DNA of 64,000 nucleotides, taken from Selaginella moellendorffii. Taxonomy: Eukaryota; Plantae; Lycopodiophyta. Positions 38,122-49,176 of this stretch are shown here, piece by piece; position 1 is the stretch's first letter; the number at the start of each line of letters is the position of its first letter. The notes below the pieces were generated by a model. It made no database searches and was not told the DNA's origin. It worked only from the letters and a program-made list of their open reading frames with translations. The stretch spans positions 5,473,876 through 5,537,875 of the forward strand of contig NW_003314262.1 in NCBI RefSeq assembly GCF_000143415.4, given 5' to 3'. The position numbers and the translations under genes were made by a program.

Positions 38122-39283
38122 TCAGAAGGCCACAGACTGTAGCGGTCTGGAAGTCACATCCAGTCGCAAGTCCCCGGGATCAATTTTGGAACATTGAGAG
38201 ACTTTTGTGGCAATATAAGACATGAACGCGTCTGGAGTCCATTGCTGGGAGAAACCATTGGACTCCGGGATGGTAAAGCTGACAAAATCCAGAAGGCGTG
38301 TATCAGTATCAAGAAGAAGAAACTTCCAAAACTATAAGCATTTATATAAAAAAAAACCTCAAGATTTCTTCCACTGGTTCATGCGGTCTCCACGCCAAGA
38401 CTTTCTCTGGACTAGTCAAGAGTTTGTTTTTTCCTTCCCTGGAATAAAATGTGTGCTTACTTGAGCAAGAGAAGCTTGTATAAACACAAGTGGACCGATG
38501 ATAAGCACCGCGATGCTTGAGAAGCCTTGTCTTTGGAGAACACGTAAATCACTGGATATCCAAGCAGCCATCTTCGCGAGTAACTTCGTTTTGTTTAGCT
38601 TTGAGAAAAGAGAGAACGAAGAACTTACCCGTTGCACGTAGGAATGGAGATATCCAGCTCCGATAGACCGTGATTAAAATCAATGAGCGAGCACTCACGA
38701 GATTCTTCCGCGAGGGACTGTGACAAACGAGCCTGCAATCGTTTGAGAGTGGCTTTCACTGACTGTTCTTCAAGCTGTGTGGCCATCTGGGAGCTACAAA
38801 GAATCAAAAGCTTTGTTCTTTCGAAAATAAAACATGGAATCATACCCGAGCAGGACCATCGTCCAGGATTATAAAGCTCAGCCAGCTCTCGTCGCCCAGG
38901 GAGCTTTCCATGTACTCTTCCAGATTAGCTGCGTGGAGAAAGTAGATCATGGATTCGTCCATGGACATGAGTCTCCATCCTTTGAAAGCCTGGAAGTTGT
39001 TTTGCGAGGAATGAAGCAACGAAGAAATCTTTGCAAACCTCGCACACGGAGTTTACTAGAGAGGTCAGCAGCTGGAGAAGATTTGCGCTGTAAGGCAAGT
39101 AATCGATCATGACAAGAGGTCTCACTCCCACGAGGACGAAGAAAAGATCTAGCAGAGTTTAATCAAATTCCACTCTAGCACCTCGTTTTATTCCATACCT
39201 CGAGCGAGACAATGGCAATGCCGTGCCTTGAGCCGCCAGCCCAGCTTCTTGGCTGCGGCTATCACCGCTTCCTCGATCTCCAT
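38122..39283 (-). CDS. UPF0739/C1orf74-like (DUF4504) protein, multi-exon
   Basis: Spliced exons give MEIEEAVIAAAKKLG...IPTCNG|WLLGYPVIYVF...CLS...SFTIP...LQSVAF*. The LLGYPVxY, SFxxP and terminal VAx pattern is recalled from C1orf74. Confidence 0.7.
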
Positions 39284-39424
39284 GAGATTTCTAGGGCTTA
39301 AAACATCACCAAAGTTTTAAATCCCAAGCACGCAAAATCCTTTTTTTTATTTGGCATGACAACTAGGAACTTTGGCCGAACTTTAGGAAAAATGTAATGA
39401 CAAGTTCGATGTTTCCATATCCAT

Positions 39425-41926
39425 TTATATTCGTCCATAGATATTAGCCATCAAGTCATAAGCTCCAGCCGAGTGACTGTCGCTCTCCACCAATCTACCA
39501 AAAGCAATCTCTCCAATCCTCACGTTTCTCCACTTCGAGCAAGCTCCCAGGATCGTCATCCACGCAACCCCACTCTCTCCAGCCGGCATGCTCTTGGCCA
39601 TCTCCACAGCCTCGTCGAGGTGATTGGCCCGGCTTAGCAAATCCACCATGCAGCTCAAGTGCTCCACTCCCGGAGAGATCCCAAACTTCGGCACCATCTC
39701 GCGAAAGTAGCTCCTCCCTCTCTCGACGAGACCACTGTGGCTACACGCTGTGAGCAAACAAACCAGCGTCACAGCGTTGGCTGCCAAGCCTCGATCTTCC
39801 ATGGAGCTAAAGCTCTCGAAAACGAGCTTCCATTTTCCCACCCGGCTGTACCCTGCGATGAGAGCCGTCCAGAGAACCAAGTCGCCACCTCCAGCAGCGA
39901 CGATCCAGTCGAAAACACAGCGTGCCCGGATCATATCTCCACACTTCCCGTAAACATCCACAAGCGAAGTTGCCAGAGTTTCATCAACTTCGAGACCGGC
40001 CCTGTAGATCCTTGCCTCGATCGCTTGCAGCTTGTCCAAAGCCACGGCAGCTCCGCATGCTTTTAGCAGGACGCCGAAAGTCCGGGAGTTCGCCATAGCC
40101 TCGCTCTCCAGCATTCTCGGGAAGAGCTCCAGCGAGAGATCTTCCTCGCCGTTTTCGCTGTATCCCAGCAAGAGGGCGTTCCAGGACGCGGCAGTGGCGG
40201 AGTTCCTGGCCACCATCCTGTCGAAAACACCCCTCGAATCTACCATGCTTCCACACCTCGCGTACATGTCCACCAGAGTATTGGCTACGTAGGTGTCCGT
40301 CTCAAAGCTCCTATCCATCGCCTGCGAGTGGAAGCTCATCCCTTTCTCCAGAGCCTTGAGCTTCACAAGCCTGCCATGGACGAGCTCCCCGGTCTCCTTG
40401 CCGGCCATGCTCGAGCAAGCCTTCAAAGCCGCGACGAAAGTTGGCGGATCAAGCCCGCCTCCTTGCTCGCAAACTTTCGATTCGAGGAGCTCCACTGCGA
40501 GCTCTCCCTGGCCATTCTCCGCGTATCCCAGCGTGAGAGACGTGAGCGGCACCACGCTGCTCGAGGAGAGCCTGTCAAACACTCGCCTGGCCTCCACCAA
40601 GCAGCCACACTTCGCGTACATATCCACCAGCGAAATCCCCACGCTTGCGTCGAGCTCCCAGCCACTTTTCTCCGCTCGAGCGTGGATCTCCACTCCTCTC
40701 TTGAGAGACTCCATTTTGACAAGCCTCCCATCGAGCTCCCTCGCCTCTTCTCTCTCGGAGAGGCTCGAGCAAGCTTTGAGCGCCGAGACGAAAGTTGCCG
40801 CGTCGATTGAGGACGAACTCGCGAGCTCCATCCGCGAGAATAAATCGATGGCGAGCTCTCCATTCCCTGCGTCGATATATCCCATCATCAGCGACGTCCA
40901 AGACACAGCATTGTGGCAAGGCATCCTATCAAAGACTCTCTGCGAGCTCACCACGCTCTTACACTTCGCGTACACGTCCACCAGCGTAGTCGCGACGTAG
41001 AGATTAAACTCGCAGCCAAACTTCGCCGCCAGGGAATGGATAGCCATCGCTCTTTCCAAGCTCTCCACCTTGACGAGCTTTCCATCGATCTCCCTCGCCT
41101 CCTCCTTTACTGCGAGGCTGGAGCAAGCTTTCAGCGCGGCAACAAACAAAGTAGCGTCTGGAGCAATACCTTGGGAGTGGAAACTAAAGCTCGAGAGGAG
41201 CTCCAGCGCCAGCGATTCTTGGCTGTTCTCCGCGTATCCCAGCATCAAGGCCGTCGAAGAAACCAAGTCGTGCAACGGCATTCGATCAAACACCGCTCGA
41301 GCTTCGATCACACTGCCACACTTTGCATACATAGTGACGAGAGCGCTAGCAACGAAGATATCCATACCTCTGGAAGCTCTCGCGAGCTGCGAGTGGATCG
41401 CCACGCCTTGCTTGAGAGCAGCGAGCTTGAGCGCTCGTCCGTCAGCTTCGTGAGCCTGTTCTCTCGCCGCCAAGATCGCACAAGCCTTGAGCACAGCCAC
41501 GAAAGTCCTCGCGTTTGGATCGCATCGATGGCGATCTCGCCCACGATCCATCCCAGCAAAGAGCTCCAGAGCACTGGCTGGATCATCGTTGTCGACATAT
41601 CCCAGCAGGAGAGAGTTCCAAGTCACAACATCCCGCCTCTCGAGCTCGTCAAAGATCTTGCGAGCTTCCAAGACGCTCCCACACCTCGCGTACATGCTCA
41701 CGAGAGCGCTGGCCACGAACTTATCTTTGCTTTGCCGGCTCGCCATCGCTCGAGCGTGAATCTCTCGGCCCTCGACGAGGGTCTTGCATTGCTTGAGCGA
41801 GGCAAGCAAGCCAAGAACACTGGATTCGTGCCTTTGCTGTGGAGCTATGACGATGGAAAGCCCGCGACTAGAGAGGAGAAAATGCCCACCTTGGAGAACT
41901 AAGCTTCTTCGTCTTCCAGAATGCAT
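39425..41926 (-). CDS. PLS-class PPR protein with truncated E domain, intronless
   Basis: 833-aa ORF with repeated LVxMYAxCGS..EAR.VFD. Ends ACSHSGLV...EHLSCMVDLLSRA...WMTILGAC...AYDLMANIY. No DYW domain. Confidence 0.95.
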   Translation of the reverse strand: MHSGRRRSLVLQGGHFLLSSRGLSIVIAPQQRHESSVLGLLASLKQCKTLVEGREIHARAMASRQSKDKFVASALVSMYARCGSVLEARKIFDELERRDVVTWNSLLLGYVDNDDPASALELFAGMDRGRDRHRCDPNARTFVAVLKACAILAAREQAHEADGRALKLAALKQGVAIHSQLARASRGMDIFVASALVTMYAKCGSVIEARAVFDRMPLHDLVSSTALMLGYAENSQESLALELLSSFSFHSQGIAPDATLFVAALKACSSLAVKEEAREIDGKLVKVESLERAMAIHSLAAKFGCEFNLYVATTLVDVYAKCKSVVSSQRVFDRMPCHNAVSWTSLMMGYIDAGNGELAIDLFSRMELASSSSIDAATFVSALKACSSLSEREEARELDGRLVKMESLKRGVEIHARAEKSGWELDASVGISLVDMYAKCGCLVEARRVFDRLSSSSVVPLTSLTLGYAENGQGELAVELLESKVCEQGGGLDPPTFVAALKACSSMAGKETGELVHGRLVKLKALEKGMSFHSQAMDRSFETDTYVANTLVDMYARCGSMVDSRGVFDRMVARNSATAASWNALLLGYSENGEEDLSLELFPRMLESEAMANSRTFGVLLKACGAAVALDKLQAIEARIYRAGLEVDETLATSLVDVYGKCGDMIRARCVFDWIVAAGGGDLVLWTALIAGYSRVGKWKLVFESFSSMEDRGLAANAVTLVCLLTACSHSGLVERGRSYFREMVPKFGISPGVEHLSCMVDLLSRANHLDEAVEMAKSMPAGESGVAWMTILGACSKWRNVRIGEIAFGRLVESDSHSAGAYDLMANIYGRI

Positions 41927-42090
41927 AGATTTAGAGAGAGCTACTCACCTCCATAGACAAACTCTCTAGTCAACTGCCCTAAGATGCTTTGCTTGTCATT
42001 TCTTTGTCGTGGAATGCACTGCATAGGTTCCTTGTCCCCACATTCGTGGAGCTCGTGGAGCTCGCAAGTTCTTCTTTGTTTTTCCTCGCC

Positions 42091-43974
42091 ATGGCTCTAT
42101 GCAGATCTGACACGCTCGTGTGGTGGACACTCCTGGGAGTGGTGTGTGGAATCGGTTTAGGAGCTGCGCTCTACAGAGCCCACTGCTCCGACTTGACGAT
42201 TAAGCTCATAGGTGCGTGGCAAAGATTTCCATTTGTTGGTGATTTCGTTCTTCGTTTTCGGTTTCTAGGATATCCTGGCGAATTGTATCTTCGAGCACTG
42301 CAGCAGCTCGTTTTGCCATTGATTGTCTTCGCTCTAATGTCCGGAGTCTTCAGCTTGAGACACACTCAGCATGGGTATTGCGTTTTTTTCTCGTTTCCTC
42401 CATGGACTTCTGAAAAAACTTTTTTGGTCCAGCGTTGGAAGAATCACGCGGTGGTCGCTCTTTTACTACCTCATATCAATGCTACTGGCTGTGGTAGTCG
42501 GGATCACTCTGGTTTACTTGATCAAGCCAGGCCAGTCTCGACCATTTAGCACCACCAATGACAAATGCACTAGGAACAACATTACAATCACGTAAGTTGC
42601 GTCAAGTTCATCTTTAGTGAAAAAAGAGCAATTTTTTTCCTTGCTGCAGCTCGGTTTCTCTGCAAGAAAACGCAGCTGCCACTTTGGTGGAGCCACTTTT
42701 GCAGATTGGCCGAGATCTTATCCCAACAAATTTTGTTGCCGCTGCTGCTAAATCAGATTATCTTGGCATGGTTGCCTTCGCTATCGTATTTTCGTTCTTC
42801 GTCAATACTTTCGGTACTACATTTCTTCTTCTTTCTGCCAAGAAAAAAAACTACTTTTTTTTTTTTTTTGCCAGGCGAGAAAGCAGATTCATTAGTCCAG
42901 TTGGTTGAGCTTTGCAATGCAATTATAATGAAGATTGTAAGCCATCGTTTTCTCTCTTCTCTAGTTCTGTTTTTTCTAAGTTTTTTTTTTCTTTGTGAAG
43001 CTTAGATTTTCGCAGTTATCACCTTGACTCCAATCGGAGTTGCGTCACTGACCGCAAACGCGCTCTTGAAAGCTTGCGACGTCTTTCGCTTGCTCAAGGC
43101 TCTTGGGCTATTCGTCGGGACGGTCTTAGGTGGTTTGATGCTACACTCTTTAATTCTTCTTCCTCTCATGGTCATGCTGCTCTCGCGAAGAAATCCCTTC
43201 AATGCTCTCAAGTAAGCCAATTTGATGGCACAACATTGTCAACTTTGAATCCATATCTTGCAGGAATTTCTTTCCAGCTTTGATCATGGGTCTAGGAACA
43301 TCGTCCGGCGCGGTGACAATGCCAGTGACAATGAACTGTGCCGTGGCCTCAGGCTGCGATCCAAACTTAGTTCGCTTCGTCATTCCTCTGGGAACAAATA
43401 TCAATCGCGATGGATCCGCACTATACGAAGCAGTCTCTGTACTGTTTATCTGTCAAGTACGTAAGAAAAATTCTGTTTTTTTTTGTATATTTTCAGAAAG
43501 AATTCTTCGGTTTTCTCTTGTCCAGGCTCATGGCCTCGATTTACCACCAGCGAAGCTGTTTGTTCTTGCGATTGCGGCAACTCTTGCTGCGGTTGGCTGC
43601 GGTCCGGTCCCAAATTCTGGCCTACTTACGATGATTGTTGCTCTTCAGGTGGACCAACTTTAAGAAACAGAACTTTGGGAAATCTTGATGTTCTTCGTGG
43701 TTTTGTCTACAGTCGATTGGATACTCCCAATTCGTGGGAGATGTTTCACTTCTCTACGCAGTGGATTGGCTGCTGTGTGCCGTCCGCACTTCTGTCAACA
43801 TTTGGGGAGATGGATGTGCGTGTTTGATCGTGGATGCGTGGAACAAACGCTACGTCGATCCAAAGTCCAATCTGGTGAGTACTTCTAAGGCAAAAACTCT
43901 TCTTCATTCTCTAATTTTCATATCAGGAAGAGATTAGAGAACCACTCCTTTCGAGTGATTCCATTGACTTTTAG
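42091..43974 (+). CDS. Dicarboxylate/amino acid:cation symporter (DAACS/SLC1 family), multi-exon
   Basis: YPGELYLRALQQLVLPLI, DLIPTNFV, TPIGVASL, GTSSGAVTMPV, PLGTNINRDGSALYEA, AVDWLLCAVRTSVNIWGD. Confidence 0.92.
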
Positions 43975-44052
43975 CTTTGGAACTTGTACAGTGGAAATTT
44001 TTATTCGGGAACAAGTAAATAGCGCCTCGCTTTTATTTTTTCCATGGTTTGA

Positions 44053-45232
44053 TCATGATCTTATGAACTGGAAGAGGATCGAGAAATTTTTTTCATGCTT
44101 GTTCCAATAGTCGTGCGCTGAAATGCATGGGTAAGTGACGAGAAAACAGTGACTTCTCCTGCGTGAGTAGGCGCCCCTCGAGCTGTTTATGCAACTCCTC
44201 CACCAGGAAATCGTTGTGAGAGAGATGTTTCTCCACGAGGTGAGAAGAAACACTCTTTAGAAACATTGCCTCGCTGCGTGTGTGTTCTTCCCATCTTGGA
44301 TCTGCCAAGGCAGCAGCAGCCGCCCGAGATCTCGCTTCTCCATACGCTGGTTTCGGGGGATCAACGATCTCCAGCCTCAACACCTTGAATCGCCGTCCAC
44401 TTTCCGCCGAGTGCCTCAAGGATTTCATAGTCTGCTCGATGGAAGCAGGGCATGTTGAAAGTGTTTCGGGTGCTCTCGTCTATCAATCCCTGCACATAAA
44501 ACCACTTTCCAAGATCTCAAGCTATGGTATTTTCATGGTATTTTATACCTCGGTGACAATGTCCTCCCATGCGAGCTCCAAGTAGCTGTAAACCAGTTGA
44601 CAACGTCTGCTTGCTCCTCCTCGCGTTCATCAGCATGCACAAAAGCCCCCCCGCCGGAACGATCTCTTCGGCTCTAAACTTGAGAAAGTTGCAAAGATCT
44701 TCGTGACCTTGCTGCTGATAAGCATGCGCCACCTCGGGCTTTGCCTTGTCCGGCGATATATTGCCACCATTCCAGCAAACAGATTCGCTATCCAGGATCG
44801 CATCGGGTATCTGGAAGAAGAGAACTTCTCACAAAAACTCTCAAGAGTTTTTACCTTGGAGACCCAATGCAACGGAGCGCTGGACATGGCGAAGTGAATG
44901 CTAGAAGATGGAAAAAGTCTATCATAAAAGGAACCCGGAACTCTGATTTCACATCGGAGAAGAAAGCCTGGAACTGGGGGGAGATCTGCTGACTTTGTCA
45001 ACTTGAGTTGATCTTTGAAGGCCTGGACAACTATATCCATTGCTTGCATCCCAGGTCTGTAACTCTCACGATCTTGCTGGAACTACTGGTCGATTTTGCA
45101 GTGCATGGCTATGGCGTTTCTTATGGCTGGAACAACTAGAGAGAAATCTGAGCTCTGGAAGGCCGAGTTCCTGGCATAGCTCCCAATTCCAACGCCACTT
45201 TCCATCTTGAATATAATGGGCATGGGATACAT
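44053..45232 (-). pseudogene. SABATH-family SAM-dependent carboxyl methyltransferase, frameshifted
   Basis: MESGVGIGSYARNSAFQ, VRVTDLGC (in another frame), VPGSFYDRLFP..SIHF.MSS..LHWVSK, AYQQQGHEDLCNFLKFRAEEIVP. Early stop, frameshifts and deletions. Confidence 0.85.
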
Positions 45233-45401
45233 GTTGACTGGATTTACAGAAGTCAAGTAAGAGGAACTCTCTTAGTTGATTTTGATTATTATTAGTATGA
45301 GAATCAAAAAAGGTTATCTAGGTGACCTTTATAAGAGCTTTATTAATAAAAGGCTTTATCAAGTCAAGGTTTTAGGTGTTTTGAAGCTAAGGATTAAAGA
45401 C

Positions 45402-46541
45402 ATGGCTTTCTGGAAGGCTTTGGCTTTTGGTTTTCTAGTAGTATTCTGCCATGCCAGTGGGCTCGTGGATCACCATCACCGCCACCATGACAAAGCTGGT
45501 GTCCACGCCTTGTTCGTTTTCGGTGACTCCATCGTGGATCCAGGCAACAACAACAATCTCGACACGATTGCAAAGGCAAACCATTTGCCGTACGGCTTCA
45601 AGTTCAAGGGTCACGAAGCCAGTGGAAGGTTTTGCGATGGAAAGCTGGCGGTCGATCTTGTTGCCGAGCACTTGGGACTTCCATATCCGCCACCTTACAG
45701 CCCAAATTCCAGCGCTGCCACCCAGGGCATGAACTTCGGATCGGCCACCTCGGGGATTCTCAATAGCACTGGAATGGTAAGCCTTCAGTTTCTAATCGCG
45801 AGTGAGGTTCTAACCAGGAAAATTGTGTAGGGATCTATTCTATCCCTTTCCACTCAAGTCGACCTCTTCTCGCATGTTGCGAAAGGACTGCCGAGGGACT
45901 TGATCGCCAGCTCGATCTTTTACATTAGTACTGGGAACAACGACATGGCGTCCATAGAACCCATGCACACGATCATCTCACAGTTCCATGCACAGTTAGA
46001 GGTGAGTAGTAACAATCTTTCGAATCTCTCATGAAACTTTGCATAGTTCATCTCTAACTTCTTTTGCCCTTTGCCGCAGCGTCTCTACGACTTGGGCGCA
46101 CGCAAGTTCGTGGTAGTGGGTATTCTCAACGTTGGATGCGTGCCAGCAACGCAGCTGGGAGACAGCTGCACGGAGCTGGGCGAGTGGATGACGAAGCGCT
46201 TCAACGAGCAGCTGCAGACGATGCTGGAGGAGATGCGGACGTCGCACCAGGGCTTCACTCCCATCTACGCAAACGCTGCAGGGATCATGGACGAGGTGAT
46301 GAGGGATCCAGCGGCGTTTGGCATGAGCAACGTTCACCACGGGTGCTGCCCGAGCAGCAGCATCATCCCGTTTATGTTTTGCTACCCCGGTGCGTTCCAC
46401 TGCAAGGACAGCAGCAAGTATATGTTCTGGGATTTGGTTCATCCGACCGAGGCATTCAACACCATACTGGTGCAAAGGTGGTACAACGGCAGCACCGAGT
46501 ACGTATCGCCCATGAACATTGCGGCACTTGCGGCGGCTTAG
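45402..46541 (+). CDS. GDSL esterase/lipase (3 exons), secreted
   Basis: Signal peptide, FVFGDSIVDPGNN, GRFCDGK, STGNND, LYDLGARKF, FWDLVHPTE. Confidence 0.95.
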
Positions 46542-46601
46542 TTTGTGTGTATACTTTCAAAGGGTCTTTATGTAAAAGAATCACCTTCATTATAATTATA
46601 A

Positions 46602-49130
46602 TCATAACCTCTCTAGAGGTGTAAGGCCCAGTAACTCAAGGCCTTGTTTCATGATCAGGCGAGCTGCCTCACAGAGCAATAACCGGCTTGCCTCTTGCAA
46701 GCTTCCATTCACCTGCGACAAAAGCTCGAGATGGAAACAAAAGGATTTCAGAAAGAGAGAACCTTGCAGCTGGTGTAAAACTGCGTGAAGAGCTCCGAGA
46801 GAGTGTACAGGTAATCGCACAGAGTACTCGGCAAGAGCCGGCTGATGGAGTCCTCTACGGTCTGAGCTCACGGAAAAAAACTGGTTAAGTCGCGCGTAAA
46901 AGCACCAGTGCTTACCTCTGTGAACTGAATGAGATGTAACCCGAGAGATCTTTCGTGTGGGTGCTCCACAACCAGCTCGCAAATCTGCAAAATTTATTTG
47001 CAAAAAGCATTTGAGAAACAAGACAGCCGTACCTGTTTGATTTCGTCAATGCTTCTTCCAGATTTTCTGATGATAGAACAAACCCGTGCATACGCATAGA
47101 AAAGATAAACAGCAGTGTTTCCCTGCCAGCAAATGCTCAAAAATAAGGAACTGAGAAAACGATGGACGTTACAAAACCTTGATGTCGAGCATCTGATCAA
47201 AGTCGAATCTATAGTTTGTTTCGCGGTTGTTTTTCAGGTCTGCGTACCTACAAAAACACAAGAAGTTCATATCTGTGGAAGAACTTGACAACTTACTTGA
47301 CGGCTCCATAGCCAAGTGCTTCAGCTGCTGCCTCTAAATCTTGACCGCTCCACTCTCCTTTTCGGCCTAGGATGTGATCATGAGAATTTTACGAGCTCCG
47401 ACGGGTCAGTTACCTCGCTCTATCAGTTCCTTGTGGCTGCGGCTCTTGGCATCGTCCAGCAAGTTTGCAAGCAAAACCCCTCCTTTTCTACCTCGGATGC
47501 GCTTTCCATCTTCGCCAAGCACCATTCCAAATCCAATGTGTTGGGCTTTGGGAAATCCATGCTCCGGCAACCACCCAGCGAGTTTTGCAGCCTATACATA
47601 GATATCGTCATATATATAAAAGAGAAACCAAAACAAAACCTCTCACCTGGAAGAACATATCAAAGTGCTGCTTCTGTCCAACATCAGTAACGTAGATAAT
47701 CCATTCCGCCTTCTCGACATGGACACGGTACCTGGAACAACTATTTAGATCCCAACAGAAAAAGAAAACTACGAACCACAAGGCTGCTAAGTCAGTGGTA
47801 GCATACGTAATAGCACCATCTGTCTTTGTTACAATCAGCGGTATGTCATAGCCTTCGAGAAATATCACCCTTGCACCATCGCTCTCTTGCAAAAGTCCCT
47901 TCTCTTCGAGAGCCTTGATAGCATAGGGAATGTATGGATGATAAAAGCTCTCGCCCTGCAAGACAAAAGAAAAACCTTTTCATCAATCTGAACAAAGCGA
48001 CATGAATCAGCTCACTTTCTCCTCAAGAGAAACGTTCAGACGGCCATAAGTTCGTTCGTAAGCTCTTCGACTCACGTCGCAAAGGGACTTCCACTTAGCG
48101 TGATATTCCGCCTCGCTTCTCTAAATCCAAGCAAAGAAACGTACTGAGAAAACATATTTGTTCCATCGCCAGTACCTGTAATTTGACCACACCTTGCTGG
48201 GCTTTAGCTTTGAATTGCTCATCGCTTTTAAATCTCTCGGATGCTTCAACGTACATTTTCTGCGCACAAGGTGATCAGGATTTCTGAAAGCAAACCATAC
48301 GTTATCTAACCTGCAAGTCGCCGATACCCTCTACCTCGGCACCCGTCTCAAATATGTGTTCAAGTAGCATTCCAAACTGCAAAAGATCTGCCAAGGTCTT
48401 GCTGAAAGGAACAAAGAAAGGAGGACTTTGGCTTCGTTACCTGCGTTCCCCAGTCGCCAACGTGGTTTCTCCGCATGACACTTACGTTACAAAACTCAAG
48501 CATTCTCGCCACACTATCGCCGATAACTGTCGAGCGCAAGTGTCCGACATGGAGCTCCTTGGCAATGTTTGGCGAAGAGAAATCCACGAGTGCGTGCTTA
48601 ACGGGCAGCTCGGGCGCAAGTGCGTCAACTCCTTGATGCAAAACAGTAGTAAGTCTCTGTTTTAATTTTGGAACATAGGATAAGAAGAAGAAAACGATCG
48701 AGCTTAAGATCTATACCTCTGCAATGAAGCGTGCCGAGAGCGTGACATTTATGTAGCCTGCTCCAGCAACGCTGGTCTTCTCAAACAAGCTCGTCCTGGG
48801 AATGTTCCGCAAAACATCCTAAGAAGAAAAGCGTAAAAACGAGCAAGTTCTCGCTACACTTTTCTACCTGCGCAATAGAGACTGGATTCCCGTATGTGGA
48901 TTGCATGCCTTTGATTCTAGACCAGATTCCCATCGCATTGTTGCTGCAAGAGAGTTTAAAGGTTACTCCATGAAGAGGAAAATCTCGACTTACATTTGAT
49001 AGTCTCCAAACTTGGGATTGTTGCAAGCGGTGACAATGGGCTCCACAGAAACCCACTCTCCGACCGTGCTGCGAAATGCTGCTTGAAAAATCTGGGAGAT
49101 CTCGCTCCTCACAGACGGACATCGTGCCAT
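46602..49130 (-). CDS. Arginyl-tRNA synthetase (class I), multi-exon, divergent paralog
   Basis: MARCPS...[87 protein letters not shown]. Confidence 0.93.
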
Positions 49131-49155
49131 CAAACAAAACCTTTCTATTGTGTAT

Positions 49156-49164
49156 AAACCCTAA
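49156..49164. promoter_or_regulatory. Telo-box (AAACCCTAA) just upstream of the ArgRS start
   Basis: aaaccctaa lies about 26 bp from the ATG. Telo-boxes are established elements of plant translation-machinery genes. Confidence 0.5.
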
Positions 49165-49176
49165 GCAATAAAAGAG

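Noticed and set aside
39659-41902. Long plus-strand ORFs (up to 329 aa) opposite the PPR gene
   Set aside because: Antisense shadows of a GC-rich coding sequence; no independent motifs.
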